From assembly GCA_043811535.1 (NCBI GenBank), contig JBDRNC010000023.1, forward strand, positions 2,216-66,215: DNA of 64,000 nucleotides. Reading direction: 5' to 3'. Positions 24,735 through 34,313 of this stretch are shown here, in pieces. The stretch is from Elusimicrobiota bacterium. Its GTDB lineage: Bacteria > Elusimicrobiota > Endomicrobiia > Endomicrobiales > JBDRNC01. Below the pieces are notes generated by a model. It saw only the letters and a program-made list of their open reading frames with translations, ran no database searches and was not told the DNA's origin. Position numbers and translations under genes: made by a program. Within the stretch, counting starts at the first letter, position 1. Each line of letters opens with the position of its first letter.

Positions 24735-26039
24735 ATGTCAGAAAAAAGCGAGTTGATGCTTGCGTTAGAGCAAATAGAAAAAGACAAGAAAATAAAAAAG
24801 GAAGACATTCTCAAGGTCATCGAGAACGCGCTTGTTTCCGCGTACAAGAAACACGTTGGCAAGAACGTCAATGTTGAGGCCACGGTTGATCCTGCCACGG
24901 GAGAGATGAGAGCAATGGCCATCAAAAAAGTAGTGGCGGAAGTAAGCAACTCCAACCTGGAGATATCCCCTGAAGAAGCAAAAGAATTTTCTCCTTCCCC
25001 TAAAATAGACGAAGACATTAGAATACCGCTGGATACGCAGGATTTCTCGCGCATCGCCGCCCAAACGGCAAAGCAGGTCATAATACAGAAGATACGCGAA
25101 TCTGAAAGGGAAACAATGCTGACTGAATACAAAGATAAAATCGGTCAGATGATGAACGGCGTTGTCTGGAGATTTGCGAACCGCAACCTTATAGTGGACC
25201 TCGGCAAGGCTGAAGCGATACTTCCAATCTCCGAACAGGTCCCGCGCGAAAGATTCAAACTCGGCCAGCACCTGCGGGCCGTGATAGTCAATGTCGAAAA
25301 GGGTTCGCGGGGCCCGTCCATAATCCTGTCCCGGACGCATCCTGACATCGTAAAAAGGCTTTTTGAAGTTGAAGTGCCTGAAATATACGAAAAAGTCGTG
25401 GAGATAGTGAATGCCGTCCGCGAGCCCGGCATGAGGACCAAGGTTGCCGTCATCTCGCATAATCCAAAGGTTGACCCCGTAGGGGCGTGCGTCGGAGTGA
25501 AGGGCGCGCGCGTCAAGCCCATCATAGAAGAGCTGCAGGGCGAACGCATCGACCTTATACCTTTTTCAAACGATATAACGAAGTACATGACGTCGGCTCT
25601 CACACCCGCAAAAGTTTTAAACGTCTATATAATTTCAAAAGAAGAAAGGAGAGCGGAAGTTCTTGTGGCTGATGACATGCTCTCCCTTGCGATAGGAAAG
25701 AACGGGCATAACGTCCGGCTCGCCGCTAAATTGACCGATTGGCATATCGACATTAAGTCGGAGTCAAGAAAGAAGCAGGAACAGGAAGAAAAGAACGCTG
25801 CGACCGCCGAAAGTTTGGGCCAGCTTGAAGGCGTTGGCCGCAAAACAGCAGAAGTATTGACAAAGGCGGGCTTAACTGATATAAAGAGACTTGCCGAAAG
25901 CGGCGTTGACGACCTCACCACCCTCCAGGGAATCGGCGAGAAAACCGCTGAAAAAATAATCGAATCCGCGAAAAACCTCTTAAAATCCGGCAAGGATAAA
26001 AAAGAAAAGGATGCTGAAGATGCCCCAGAAAAAGAGTAA
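24735..26039 (+). CDS. nusA: Transcription termination/antitermination factor NusA
   Basis: S1 and KH domains ('GACVGVKGARVKPI') and a C-terminal HhH. GGAGG at 24724-24728. Confidence 0.93.
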   Translation: MSEKSELMLALEQIEKDKKIKKEDILKVIENALVSAYKKHVGKNVNVEATVDPATGEMRAMAIKKVVAEVSNSNLEISPEEAKEFSPSPKIDEDIRIPLDTQDFSRIAAQTAKQVIIQKIRESERETMLTEYKDKIGQMMNGVVWRFANRNLIVDLGKAEAILPISEQVPRERFKLGQHLRAVIVNVEKGSRGPSIILSRTHPDIVKRLFEVEVPEIYEKVVEIVNAVREPGMRTKVAVISHNPKVDPVGACVGVKGARVKPIIEELQGERIDLIPFSNDITKYMTSALTPAKVLNVYIISKEERRAEVLVADDMLSLAIGKNGHNVRLAAKLTDWHIDIKSESRKKQEQEEKNAATAESLGQLEGVGRKTAEVLTKAGLTDIKRLAESGVDDLTTLQGIGEKTAEKIIESAKNLLKSGKDKKEKDAEDAPEKE

Positions 26040-28374
26040 AACTTCTTCCGATAAGCCCGTTAAATCGAACTCATCGGACATTCAGAAAAAAAAGAAAACC
26101 GCTGAAACTGAACAATCTTTGGGCGGCGGGGGACATGTAAGCCACGATCACGCTCCCGCAAAACACGGCGCTGTTGAGGAAAAACCCGCGAAAGCGCGCG
26201 TAAAAAAAGCCGCTAAAAAAGCGTCTGCCGAAGAAACACAAGCTAAACTTGACACAAAAACAGAAAAAACCTTTAAAAAAGCCAAGACATCTAAAATAGC
26301 AAAAATCGAACCGGAACAAAAAGAACCCACTGCTGAAGTTCAAGCCGCGGAACCGGTAAAAGAAGAAAGCCGTTTCTCGCAAGTCCAGACCGCTTTCAGG
26401 AAAGAAACAAAGGCTCCTATTAAAATCGAGCCTCAGAAAAAGAAAGTTGTTGAAAAACCAAGGCCTCCGGTCCAGCACCAGGTAAAAGCTCCGGAAAAAC
26501 ATAAAATCGCGCCAGCACCCGAAAAAAAGCATGAGCCCGAACCCGCGGCTCCGAAGCCTGTTGAAACTCCGGTAGCGCTTCCTCTGACAGCGCCTCCTCT
26601 GACAGTGCCTTCGCCTCCGGCTCCGATATCTTTAGGTGAAATAAAGATCAACGAATTGATTACCGTTCGGGAACTATCGGAAAAGATACGCCTAAGACCG
26701 GGTGACGTGCTCAAAAAACTCCTTTCGATGGGAAGTCTAGCCACGATAAACCAGCGCCTTGAGCGGGACATCGCGGTGCTTTTGGCCCATGAATTCGGCT
26801 ACGAAGCCAAATTTGAGACCATATACGGGCAGGAAGCCGCGACCGAAGAAAAGGAAAGCGCGGATAAACTGAAACCAAGGCCGCCCGTTGTCACGGTAAT
26901 GGGACATGTCGACCACGGCAAGACCTCGCTCCTGGACGTGATAAGAAGCACGAATGTCGCGCAAGGTGAAGCCGGCGGCATTACACAGCATATAGGCGCG
27001 TACAGCGTCAAGACCTCAAAGGGCGAGGTCACATTCCTGGACACGCCGGGCCATGAAGCTTTCACGGCAATGCGTTCGCGCGGCGCGAAAGTTACCGATC
27101 TTGTAGTGCTTGTCGTGTCTGCTTCCGACGGTGTTATGCCTCAGACGGTAGAAGCCATCGACCACGCGCGCGCCGCCAACGTACCAATAATAGTCGCAAT
27201 AAACAAGATAGATATAGCAGGCGCTAATCCCGAACAGATAAAACAGGAACTCAATAAATATAACGTTATCCCTGAAGACTGGGGCGGCGACACCATAATG
27301 GTTGAGGTGTCTGCGAAGAAAAACATAAATATAGAACAGCTGCTTGAGATGATACTGCTCAAAGCCGAACTCATGGAATTGAAAGCCAATCCGGACCGCA
27401 TGGCGAAAGGGGCTGTCATAGAAGCAAAGCTTGATCCCAGAAGAGGCCCTGTTGCCACGGTACTTGTACAGACAGGCACGCTCAAGGTCAGCGATAATTT
27501 CGTGGTTGGAACCACATTTGGAAAAGTGCGAGCGATGACAGATGACCATGGCCGCAGGCTCAACGAAGTGTTTCCCGGCAGGCCGGCAGAAATACTAGGT
27601 ATAACGTCAGCGCCTCAGGCCGGAGATCAATTCATCGTCGTAGAAGATGAGCGCGTGGCAAGAGAGATATCTCGGTCAAGGCAGAACCGCGCGAAAGAAG
27701 ACGCGCTGAGGCCGCGCCATCACCTCTCTCTTGAAGACATCAGTCTAGGCAAGACAAAAGACCTGCGCGTTATACTCAAAACAGACGTGCAAGGGTCTCT
27801 CGGGGCGCTAAGCGATTCGCTTGAAAAACTTTCAACTTCGGAAATAAACTTGAAATTAATTCACAGAGGCGTGGGAAGTATTACGGAATCGGATGTTATG
27901 CTCGCGGCGTCGTCAGACGCGATGATAATCGGCTTTAATATCCGCCCCGAAGCGGCGTCGCAGAAACTGGCTGATAAAGAGGGAGTCAGTATCAGGGTTT
28001 ACCGCATCATATACGAAGTCATAAGCGAGATCAGGGCGGCCATGGAAGGACTGCTGGAGCCTGAAGTCAAGGAAGTCGTGATAGGAAAAGCGCTTGTAAG
28101 GCAGGTCTTTAAGACTTCTAAGGCAGGGACGGTAGCCGGAAGCGCGGTTACTGACGGCAAGATACAGCGAAGCTCTTTCGTAAGGCTGCTGAGAGACAAC
28201 GTAATAGTCTATCAGGGAAGCCTGGCGTCGCTGCGCAGGTTCAAGGATGATGTCAAAGAGGTTGATAAAGGTTTTGAGTGCGGAATCGCTCTTGAAAACT
28301 TCGCGGATATTAAGCAGGGAGACGTCCTTGAGGTCTATATCAAGGAAAATATATCAAGGAAATTAGAAGGGTAA
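26011..28374 (+). CDS. infB: Translation initiation factor IF-2
   Basis: Lys/Pro-rich N-terminus, plus '[16 protein letters not shown]', 'DTPGHEAF' and 'NKID'. The start could instead be ATG 26020. Confidence 0.93.
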   Translation: MLKMPQKKSKTSSDKPVKSNSSDIQKKKKTAETEQSLGGGGHVSHDHAPAKHGAVEEKPAKARVKKAAKKASAEETQAKLDTKTEKTFKKAKTSKIAKIEPEQKEPTAEVQAAEPVKEESRFSQVQTAFRKETKAPIKIEPQKKKVVEKPRPPVQHQVKAPEKHKIAPAPEKKHEPEPAAPKPVETPVALPLTAPPLTVPSPPAPISLGEIKINELITVRELSEKIRLRPGDVLKKLLSMGSLATINQRLERDIAVLLAHEFGYEAKFETIYGQEAATEEKESADKLKPRPPVVTVMGHVDHGKTSLLDVIRSTNVAQGEAGGITQHIGAYSVKTSKGEVTFLDTPGHEAFTAMRSRGAKVTDLVVLVVSASDGVMPQTVEAIDHARAANVPIIVAINKIDIAGANPEQIKQELNKYNVIPEDWGGDTIMVEVSAKKNINIEQLLEMILLKAELMELKANPDRMAKGAVIEAKLDPRRGPVATVLVQTGTLKVSDNFVVGTTFGKVRAMTDDHGRRLNEVFPGRPAEILGITSAPQAGDQFIVVEDERVAREISRSRQNRAKEDALRPRHHLSLEDISLGKTKDLRVILKTDVQGSLGALSDSLEKLSTSEINLKLIHRGVGSITESDVMLAASSDAMIIGFNIRPEAASQKLADKEGVSIRVYRIIYEVISEIRAAMEGLLEPEVKEVVIGKALVRQVFKTSKAGTVAGSAVTDGKIQRSSFVRLLRDNVIVYQGSLASLRRFKDDVKEVDKGFECGIALENFADIKQGDVLEVYIKENISRKLEG

Positions 28375-28402
28375 ATAAAACAACGGCTATATTATTGATA
28401 AC

Positions 28403-28474
28403 GGAAATGGCTAAATGGCTAAACGGATATATGGTTAAAGACGTTAGCCATTTAACAATATAACCATTTAACCG
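28403..28474. repeat. Hairpin repeat, family C
   Basis: ggaaatggctaaatggctaaacgg...ttagccatttaacaatataaccatttaaccg. Confidence 0.7.
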
Positions 28475-28489
28475 TGTATTATTACTACT

Positions 28490-28915
28490 ATGCAAAGCTA
28501 CAAGCGTTCGGTGAGAGTCGCTGAACTGATACAGCAGGAAATATCAAAAATAATTCAGGAACTGAAGAATCCGGGGCTGGGTTTTGTAACCATTACCGGC
28601 GTAAAACTCACCGACGACCTCCAGGACGCCAGAATATTCTACTCGGTAATAGGCAGCGACAAGGATATTTCCGATACCAAGGATATTCTGGAAAGATCTA
28701 TCCCCGAAATTCGCCACCTGCTTGCCATGCGTATCAATCTCAGGCGCACGCCCGTCTTGACTCTGGTATTTGACGATACCGCGAAACGCGCGAACCGCAT
28801 ATTTGAAATTCTTGAGAAGATAAGATCGGAAGAGAATGGTCCGATACCGGAACTGCCGGTTGAGGCCGAACCTGAAACAAAGGCTAAAACTATAAAAAAT
28901 GACAAAACAAAATGA
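28490..28915 (+). CDS. rbfA: Ribosome-binding factor A
   Basis: 'RVAELIQQEISKII' and 'LRRTPVLTLVFD'. Confidence 0.9.
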   Translation: MQSYKRSVRVAELIQQEISKIIQELKNPGLGFVTITGVKLTDDLQDARIFYSVIGSDKDISDTKDILERSIPEIRHLLAMRINLRRTPVLTLVFDDTAKRANRIFEILEKIRSEENGPIPELPVEAEPETKAKTIKNDKTK

Positions 28916-29879
28916 GATACTCGCGAAAATAAAGGACGCTATCGGCAAAAGCCGGACCTTTTTCATTGCCGGGCACATTAAACCTGACGGAGATACCGTA
29001 GGAACCGCGCTTGCCCTTTCCTCTTTGCTCAAAAGAATGGGGAAAAAGCCGGAAATATATTCAAGGGAGCCCGTCCCCGGGTATTTCAGCTTCCTTAACG
29101 GCATCGGCAGGATAAAGGTCGCCGAAAAGGTATGCAAGGAATATGACTGCGCTATCATACTTGAATGCGCTAACGCCGAAAGAATGGGCGATATAATCAG
29201 CATGGAACAGGCAGCTTTCGTTATAAATATAGACCATCACGCTCATTACAATAATTTCGGGCACATAAACTACATCGATCCGGAAGCTTCTTCCAGCGCC
29301 CAGCAGGTCTTCAACCTCTTCAAATACCTCGGGCACGGCATCAAGAAAGACGAGGCCGAAGCGCTGTACGTAGGGCTTGTCACGGACACGGGTAAATTCC
29401 AGCAAACTAATACGACGACCGCCGCGTTTGATATGGCGTCCGAGCTCGTAAAGTCCGGCGTTCAACCGCCGGTGATTTACGAGAAAATATACGCGTCGAA
29501 GTCATATTCTGCGCTGAAACTGCTTGGACTCGCGCTTAACACGCTCAATATAACCCCTTCAGGACTGGTTTCCTATGTCGAGATCAAGCATTCGATGTAC
29601 CATAAGTCGCATTCCAATGTCACTGAAACGGAAGATATCATCAATCACACGATGATGATCCCGGGAACAACCGTAGGAATGCTTTTCAGGGAAACTGAGG
29701 CCCCTGGAATAATAAAGGTAAGTTTCAGGTCGCGCAGCGGTTTCGACGTCAATAAAATCGCACAGCATTTCGGGGGCGGCGGGCATAAGAACGCAGCTGG
29801 TTGCAGTGTAAAGGGGAATTTGACAACAGCGAAACGTGCTGTTTTGAAATATCTGGGAAAGTTTATAAAAATTGATTAA
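28899..29879 (+). CDS. nrnA: DHH/DHHA1 phosphoesterase (NrnA-like oligoribonuclease/pAp phosphatase)
   Basis: 'GHIKPDGDTVGTALAL', 'NIDHH' and 'GGGGHKNAAG'. Confidence 0.85.
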   Translation: MTKQNEILAKIKDAIGKSRTFFIAGHIKPDGDTVGTALALSSLLKRMGKKPEIYSREPVPGYFSFLNGIGRIKVAEKVCKEYDCAIILECANAERMGDIISMEQAAFVINIDHHAHYNNFGHINYIDPEASSSAQQVFNLFKYLGHGIKKDEAEALYVGLVTDTGKFQQTNTTTAAFDMASELVKSGVQPPVIYEKIYASKSYSALKLLGLALNTLNITPSGLVSYVEIKHSMYHKSHSNVTETEDIINHTMMIPGTTVGMLFRETEAPGIIKVSFRSRSGFDVNKIAQHFGGGGHKNAAGCSVKGNLTTAKRAVLKYLGKFIKID

Positions 29880-29883
29880 GAAA

Positions 29884-30008
29884 TATGGTCAAATAGCTGT
29901 ATTGTCAAATGGCCAAAAACCAACTGCATGGTTAAATTGTTAAACGGCTATATGGCTGTATTATTAAGACATAAGCAATTGAGCCATTTAACCATTTAGC
30001 AATTTAAT
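29884..30008. repeat. Hairpin repeat, family C (longer copy)
   Basis: atggttaaat (29928-29937) pairs with atttaaccat (29987-29996). The inner atggct/agccat also pair. Confidence 0.65.
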
Positions 30009-30009
30009 T

Positions 30010-30735
30010 ATGTTAACTTCCGGTCTTTTAAATATAAATAAACATCCCGGCATAACCTCGTTCCGGGCAGTTTCGATAGTAAAGAACACGCTGAACGTCA
30101 GGAAGGCCGGGCATTGCGGAACGCTTGACCCGGCGGCAGAAGGTGTCCTGCTTGTGCTTTTCGGCAAGGCAACAAAACTTCAGGGAAAATTGATAGGCCT
30201 GCCGAAAACCTATTACGCGAGGATCCTGCTCGGTACGGTGACTGACAGCGGCGATACCACAGGAAAGGTTTTGCGGAGCTCTGAGGTCAATCCTGAATCT
30301 ATCAAAGAGATAGAAAGCGTCGTCGCCGGTTTTAGCGGCGAGATATTGCAGATACCGCCTATGTTCTCAGCTCTGAAATACGGCGGTAAAAAACTGTACG
30401 AATTCGCCCGCGCCGGACGCGAAGTCCCGCGCGAACCAAGGAAAATAAGCATCTATTCAATCAAGACTCTTAATATCCGTGACAACAGGATTGAGCTGCG
30501 GGTGGAGTGTTCAAGAGGAACTTACATTAGGACGCTTGCCGTAGATATCGGGGATAAACTAGGATGCGGAGGAACGCTGGAATACCTCCGCAGGGAAAAG
30601 ATCGGCCCGTTCGACATAGATGATTCTATCAGCATTAACGGCAAGTTGGACGTAAATGATCTGCTCTCCCGCGCGATGAGCGAAGAAAATATATTACAAA
30701 TTACAGATATTCCCGACTCTGCCGGGACTCCATAA
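30010..30735 (+). CDS. truB: tRNA pseudouridine(55) synthase
   Basis: 'GHCGTLDPAAEGVL' and 'QIPPMFSALK'. Confidence 0.92.
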   Translation: MLTSGLLNINKHPGITSFRAVSIVKNTLNVRKAGHCGTLDPAAEGVLLVLFGKATKLQGKLIGLPKTYYARILLGTVTDSGDTTGKVLRSSEVNPESIKEIESVVAGFSGEILQIPPMFSALKYGGKKLYEFARAGREVPREPRKISIYSIKTLNIRDNRIELRVECSRGTYIRTLAVDIGDKLGCGGTLEYLRREKIGPFDIDDSISINGKLDVNDLLSRAMSEENILQITDIPDSAGTP

Positions 30736-30820
30736 CGAATATTATGGATGTCGCAAATTACAAATTGAAAATACTGAACGCCTTTGATCTGTAATATGTA
30801 ATTTGTAATGTGTAATTATT

Positions 30821-31705
30821 ATGAAACATTCTGCGGTGGCAATAGGGACATTTGACGGTTTTCACAAAGGCCACAGTTTCCTTGTACAAAAACTTGTTTC
30901 AATCGCTAAAATACACAAGCTAAGAAGCGTAATAGTGGCGCTTTCTGCCCCGGTCAGGCGCGGCACGGCTCTATTGACGCCGCTTGATGAAAAAGTAGCT
31001 CTTTTAAAACAGTTGCCGGTGGATGAAGTCGTTATTTTGCACACTGGACCCGAAATAACTTCGATGACAGCGCGCTCGTTCTTTGAAGGATTCCTTATAG
31101 GGAGTTTCAAAGCCGCTCACATTGTGGTCGGAACAAACTTCGCGTTCGGGCATAACCGTGAAGGCGACACAAAATGGCTGAAAAAGGCATGCAAGGGCAG
31201 TGGCATCAAAGTGGACGCCGTAGAGCCTTTGAAAGCCGGAGGCCAAGCCGTATCTTCTTCAAGGATCCGCGCGTTATTGCACGAAAGCAGATTAACTTCG
31301 GCAAATAAACTCCTCGGAAGAGCGTATTCTGTTTCTGGCCTGCCGGTGCGCGGAAACAGGATCGGAAGGAAACTCGGCTTTCCGACGGTTAATCTGGCGA
31401 CGCCGCCGTGCAAGCTGCTCCCTCTCGGGGTATTCGCCGGGATAGCGTCAGCGAAAGGCAGGCATTACGCCGCCGTCGCCAACATAGGCACAAGGCCCAC
31501 ATTTTTCGGAAAAGGCGGCTCCGGCGCTCTCGTTGAGATAAATCTTCTTGGTTTTACGGGCAGATGGCCCGTGACGCAAACAAAGCTGTATCTTCTCAGG
31601 CATCTGAGGGCCGAAAAAAGATTTTCAAACGTAAAAGCTTTGGCAGAGCAAATTCGCAAGGACTTGGATAAAGCAAGAGTATATTTGCGAGAAACGGAGG
31701 CTTAA
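30821..31705 (+). CDS. ribF: Bifunctional riboflavin kinase / FAD synthetase
   Basis: 'AIGTFDGFHKGH', 'FPTVNL' and 'IGTRPTF'. Confidence 0.9.
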   Translation: MKHSAVAIGTFDGFHKGHSFLVQKLVSIAKIHKLRSVIVALSAPVRRGTALLTPLDEKVALLKQLPVDEVVILHTGPEITSMTARSFFEGFLIGSFKAAHIVVGTNFAFGHNREGDTKWLKKACKGSGIKVDAVEPLKAGGQAVSSSRIRALLHESRLTSANKLLGRAYSVSGLPVRGNRIGRKLGFPTVNLATPPCKLLPLGVFAGIASAKGRHYAAVANIGTRPTFFGKGGSGALVEINLLGFTGRWPVTQTKLYLLRHLRAEKRFSNVKALAEQIRKDLDKARVYLRETEA

Positions 31706-31706
31706 A

Positions 31707-33689
31707 ATGAAAAATTATGCTCCTCAGGATCTGCGCAACATCTGTCTTGTCGGCGCTCAAGGCGAAGGAAAAACTTTACTTGCCGAAACCATGCTGTTTA
31801 ACGCGGGTGTTACGAACCGCCAGGGAAAGATAGAAGAGGGGAATACTGTCTGCGACTACACGGAAGAAGAAATAGCACGGAAAATATCGATAACGCTGTC
31901 CCTCGCTTTCATCGAAGAAAAAGATAAGAAAATCAATATGCTCGTCACGCCGGGCTACGGCGATTTCGTAGGCGACATGGTTACGGGCCTCGCGGTAGCG
32001 GACACGGCAATATTCGTGGTAGGCGGCGATACCGGCCTTTCCCCGTCTGCGCAAAATATCTGGGAATATCTCGAAGATAAAAAAATACCGACCGTCCTCT
32101 TTCTTAACAAACTGGACAAGGAAAACCTTAATTTCGACAGCATTATCGCCAGTCTTAAAGAAAAGCTCGGACAGCAGGTAGTCCCTATCACTGTGCCCAA
32201 CGCGACAGGCGCCGGCATCTCGTCGCTTGAGAACATCCTCGACGAAAGCATCCCGGATTCCGAAAAACCGCATCTCGAATCGTTCACTGAAGCGGTTTCC
32301 TCCACCGACGACGCCCTGACCGAAAAATTTCTTGACGGGAAGCCCATATCCATGCAGGAACTCAAGAGCGCGCTGGCCAAGGCGATTAAGGAACGCAAGA
32401 TATTCCCTTTGCTATCGGGAAGCTCAACGAAAAATATCGGAGTCAAGGAATTAACCTCCTTCATTGCCGAACATCTGCCTTCGCCCGCGCTCAATGAAAA
32501 GGACTCTTCGTTCTCGGCGCTTTGCTTCAAGACTATTAACGAGCAGGGTCTCGGCCATATAAATTTTATAAAAGTATTTTCAGGTTCCGTTGGCCACGGA
32601 AAAGATATCGCCAATATCCAGCGCCAGATGGGCGAGCGCGTAGGGCAGATGTGCTTCGTACAAGGGAAAAAGAAAACAGACACCCCCTCGGCCGCGGCCG
32701 GGGATATAGTAGGCATCCTGAAACTTAAGGATACCAGGACGAACGACATCCTGTCCGACCCCAAAACAAACCCGGCAGTCAAGCAGATCGAACTGCCCGC
32801 CACGGTTTTCGACCGGGCCATTTCCGCCAAATCTAAAGGCGAAGAAGAAAAAATGGGCAACGCGCTTTCCATTATCGCGCTCGAGAACCCTACGGTAAGA
32901 TACCATTTCAGCAACGAGACAAAAGAGATGGTGATGTCGGGAATGGGTTCACTGCAATTGGAGATAACGGTCCAGAAGATAAAGTCAAAATTCGGCGTAG
33001 AGATAGAGCTCAAACCTCCGCGAGTCCCGTACAAGGAAACAGTGCGCGGAAAATCCGAGGTCCAGGGAAAATATAAAAGGCAGACTGGCGGTCACGGACA
33101 GTACGGAGACTGCTGGCTTAGGATCGAACCTCTCGAACGCGGCAAAGGTTTTGAATTCGTAGACAAGATAGTCGGCGGCGTTATACCCAAGAACTTCATC
33201 CCCGCTGTTGAAAAAGGCGTCAAGGAAGCGATGGAACAGGGCGTCATAGCCGGTTACCCCGTCATGGATACGCGCGTCACGGTCTTCGACGGGTCGTACC
33301 ACGACGTGGATTCTTCGGAAATGGCCTTCAAGATAGCGGGATCGATGGCTCTCAGAAAAGCCGTAACCGAAGCTAAACCATCTCTGCTCGAGCCGATAAT
33401 GATCGCCGAGATATTCGTGCCGCCGGAATACATGGGCACCATCATGGGTGACCTGAATTCAAGAAGAGGCCGGGTGCTCGGCATGGACAAGGTGGGCAGC
33501 AAAGAGGTCATCAAGGCGACGGTACCTCTCGCCGAGATGTATCAATACGCCACGGACCTCAGGTCCATGACAAAAGGCAGCGGCAGGTTCTCGATGAAAG
33601 CGGACCATTATCAGGAAACACCCCCGCATATCGCACAGCCGCTTATAGAAACTTACACAAAGAGCCGTTCCGCGGATGCGGATAAATAG
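31707..33689 (+). CDS. Elongation factor G paralog (EF-G II-like) with degenerate G-domain motifs
   Basis: Five-domain EF-G layout with 'SYHDVDSSEMAFKIAGSMA' conserved. However, G1 reads 'GAQGEGKT' and G3 reads 'VTPGYGDF' instead of DTPGHVDF. Confidence 0.8.
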   Translation: MKNYAPQDLRNICLVGAQGEGKTLLAETMLFNAGVTNRQGKIEEGNTVCDYTEEEIARKISITLSLAFIEEKDKKINMLVTPGYGDFVGDMVTGLAVADTAIFVVGGDTGLSPSAQNIWEYLEDKKIPTVLFLNKLDKENLNFDSIIASLKEKLGQQVVPITVPNATGAGISSLENILDESIPDSEKPHLESFTEAVSSTDDALTEKFLDGKPISMQELKSALAKAIKERKIFPLLSGSSTKNIGVKELTSFIAEHLPSPALNEKDSSFSALCFKTINEQGLGHINFIKVFSGSVGHGKDIANIQRQMGERVGQMCFVQGKKKTDTPSAAAGDIVGILKLKDTRTNDILSDPKTNPAVKQIELPATVFDRAISAKSKGEEEKMGNALSIIALENPTVRYHFSNETKEMVMSGMGSLQLEITVQKIKSKFGVEIELKPPRVPYKETVRGKSEVQGKYKRQTGGHGQYGDCWLRIEPLERGKGFEFVDKIVGGVIPKNFIPAVEKGVKEAMEQGVIAGYPVMDTRVTVFDGSYHDVDSSEMAFKIAGSMALRKAVTEAKPSLLEPIMIAEIFVPPEYMGTIMGDLNSRRGRVLGMDKVGSKEVIKATVPLAEMYQYATDLRSMTKGSGRFSMKADHYQETPPHIAQPLIETYTKSRSADADK

Positions 33690-33698
33690 CGGCGCATA

Positions 33699-33800
33699 GA
33701 GTAATGTTTAAAGTGTAATGTGTGATGAAAACAGCAATTATTCAATGTTTGGATGCAGTAATAACTCAATTCATCACACATTCAACATAGCACATTACAC
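33699..33800. repeat. Hairpin repeat, family A
   Basis: The inner 13 bp, aatgtgtgatgaa / ttcatcacacatt, pair perfectly. Arms at 33699-33729 and 33770-33800. Confidence 0.8.
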
Positions 33801-33877
33801 AGTTCCTTTTGTCATTTACTTTTCAGCTGGAATTTGATAAAATAACGCATCATTTCTAATAAAGGAGAATACGTAAA

Positions 33878-34138
33878 ATGGAGTCCAACAAAAAGGGCAT
33901 TATCGAGACCTACAAGGCTCACGCTACTGATACGGGTTCGCCTGAAGTGCAGATAGCGATCCTGACTAGCAGGATAAATTATCTTAGCGAGCATTTTAAG
34001 AAGTATCCGAAGGATTTCGGCTCTCGCGGTGGTTTTCTGAAACTCATCGGCCAGCGCCGCCGCCTGCTGGAATACCTTAAGAAGCACAGCAAGGATAAAT
34101 ACAAAAAACTTATTGAAAAGCTTGAGCTAAGGAAGTAG
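33878..34138 (+). CDS. rpsO: 30S ribosomal protein S15
   Basis: 'DTGSPEVQIAILTSRINYLSEHFK'. Confidence 0.95.
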   Translation: MESNKKGIIETYKAHATDTGSPEVQIAILTSRINYLSEHFKKYPKDFGSRGGFLKLIGQRRRLLEYLKKHSKDKYKKLIEKLELRK

Positions 34139-34313
34139 AATATCCGCTTAAGGCGGAAATAACATGCCGTTGGGCAGGGTAAAAACCCAAGAGATGCAAT
34201 AAACTACAATGTCCAAGGATTTTTGAATCCTGGGCAATGGTCACTAGTCACTTGACATTGAGTTTATTGGATCTTTTGTGTCTTTCCCGACTCGATGGCA
34301 AAGGAGCAGTACA

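Noticed and set aside
30736-30820. FMN riboswitch upstream of ribF.
   Set aside because: The spacer is only 85 nt, is AT-rich and word-like ('aaattacaaattg'/'taatttgtaatgtg'), and lacks the conserved G-rich FMN-aptamer core.
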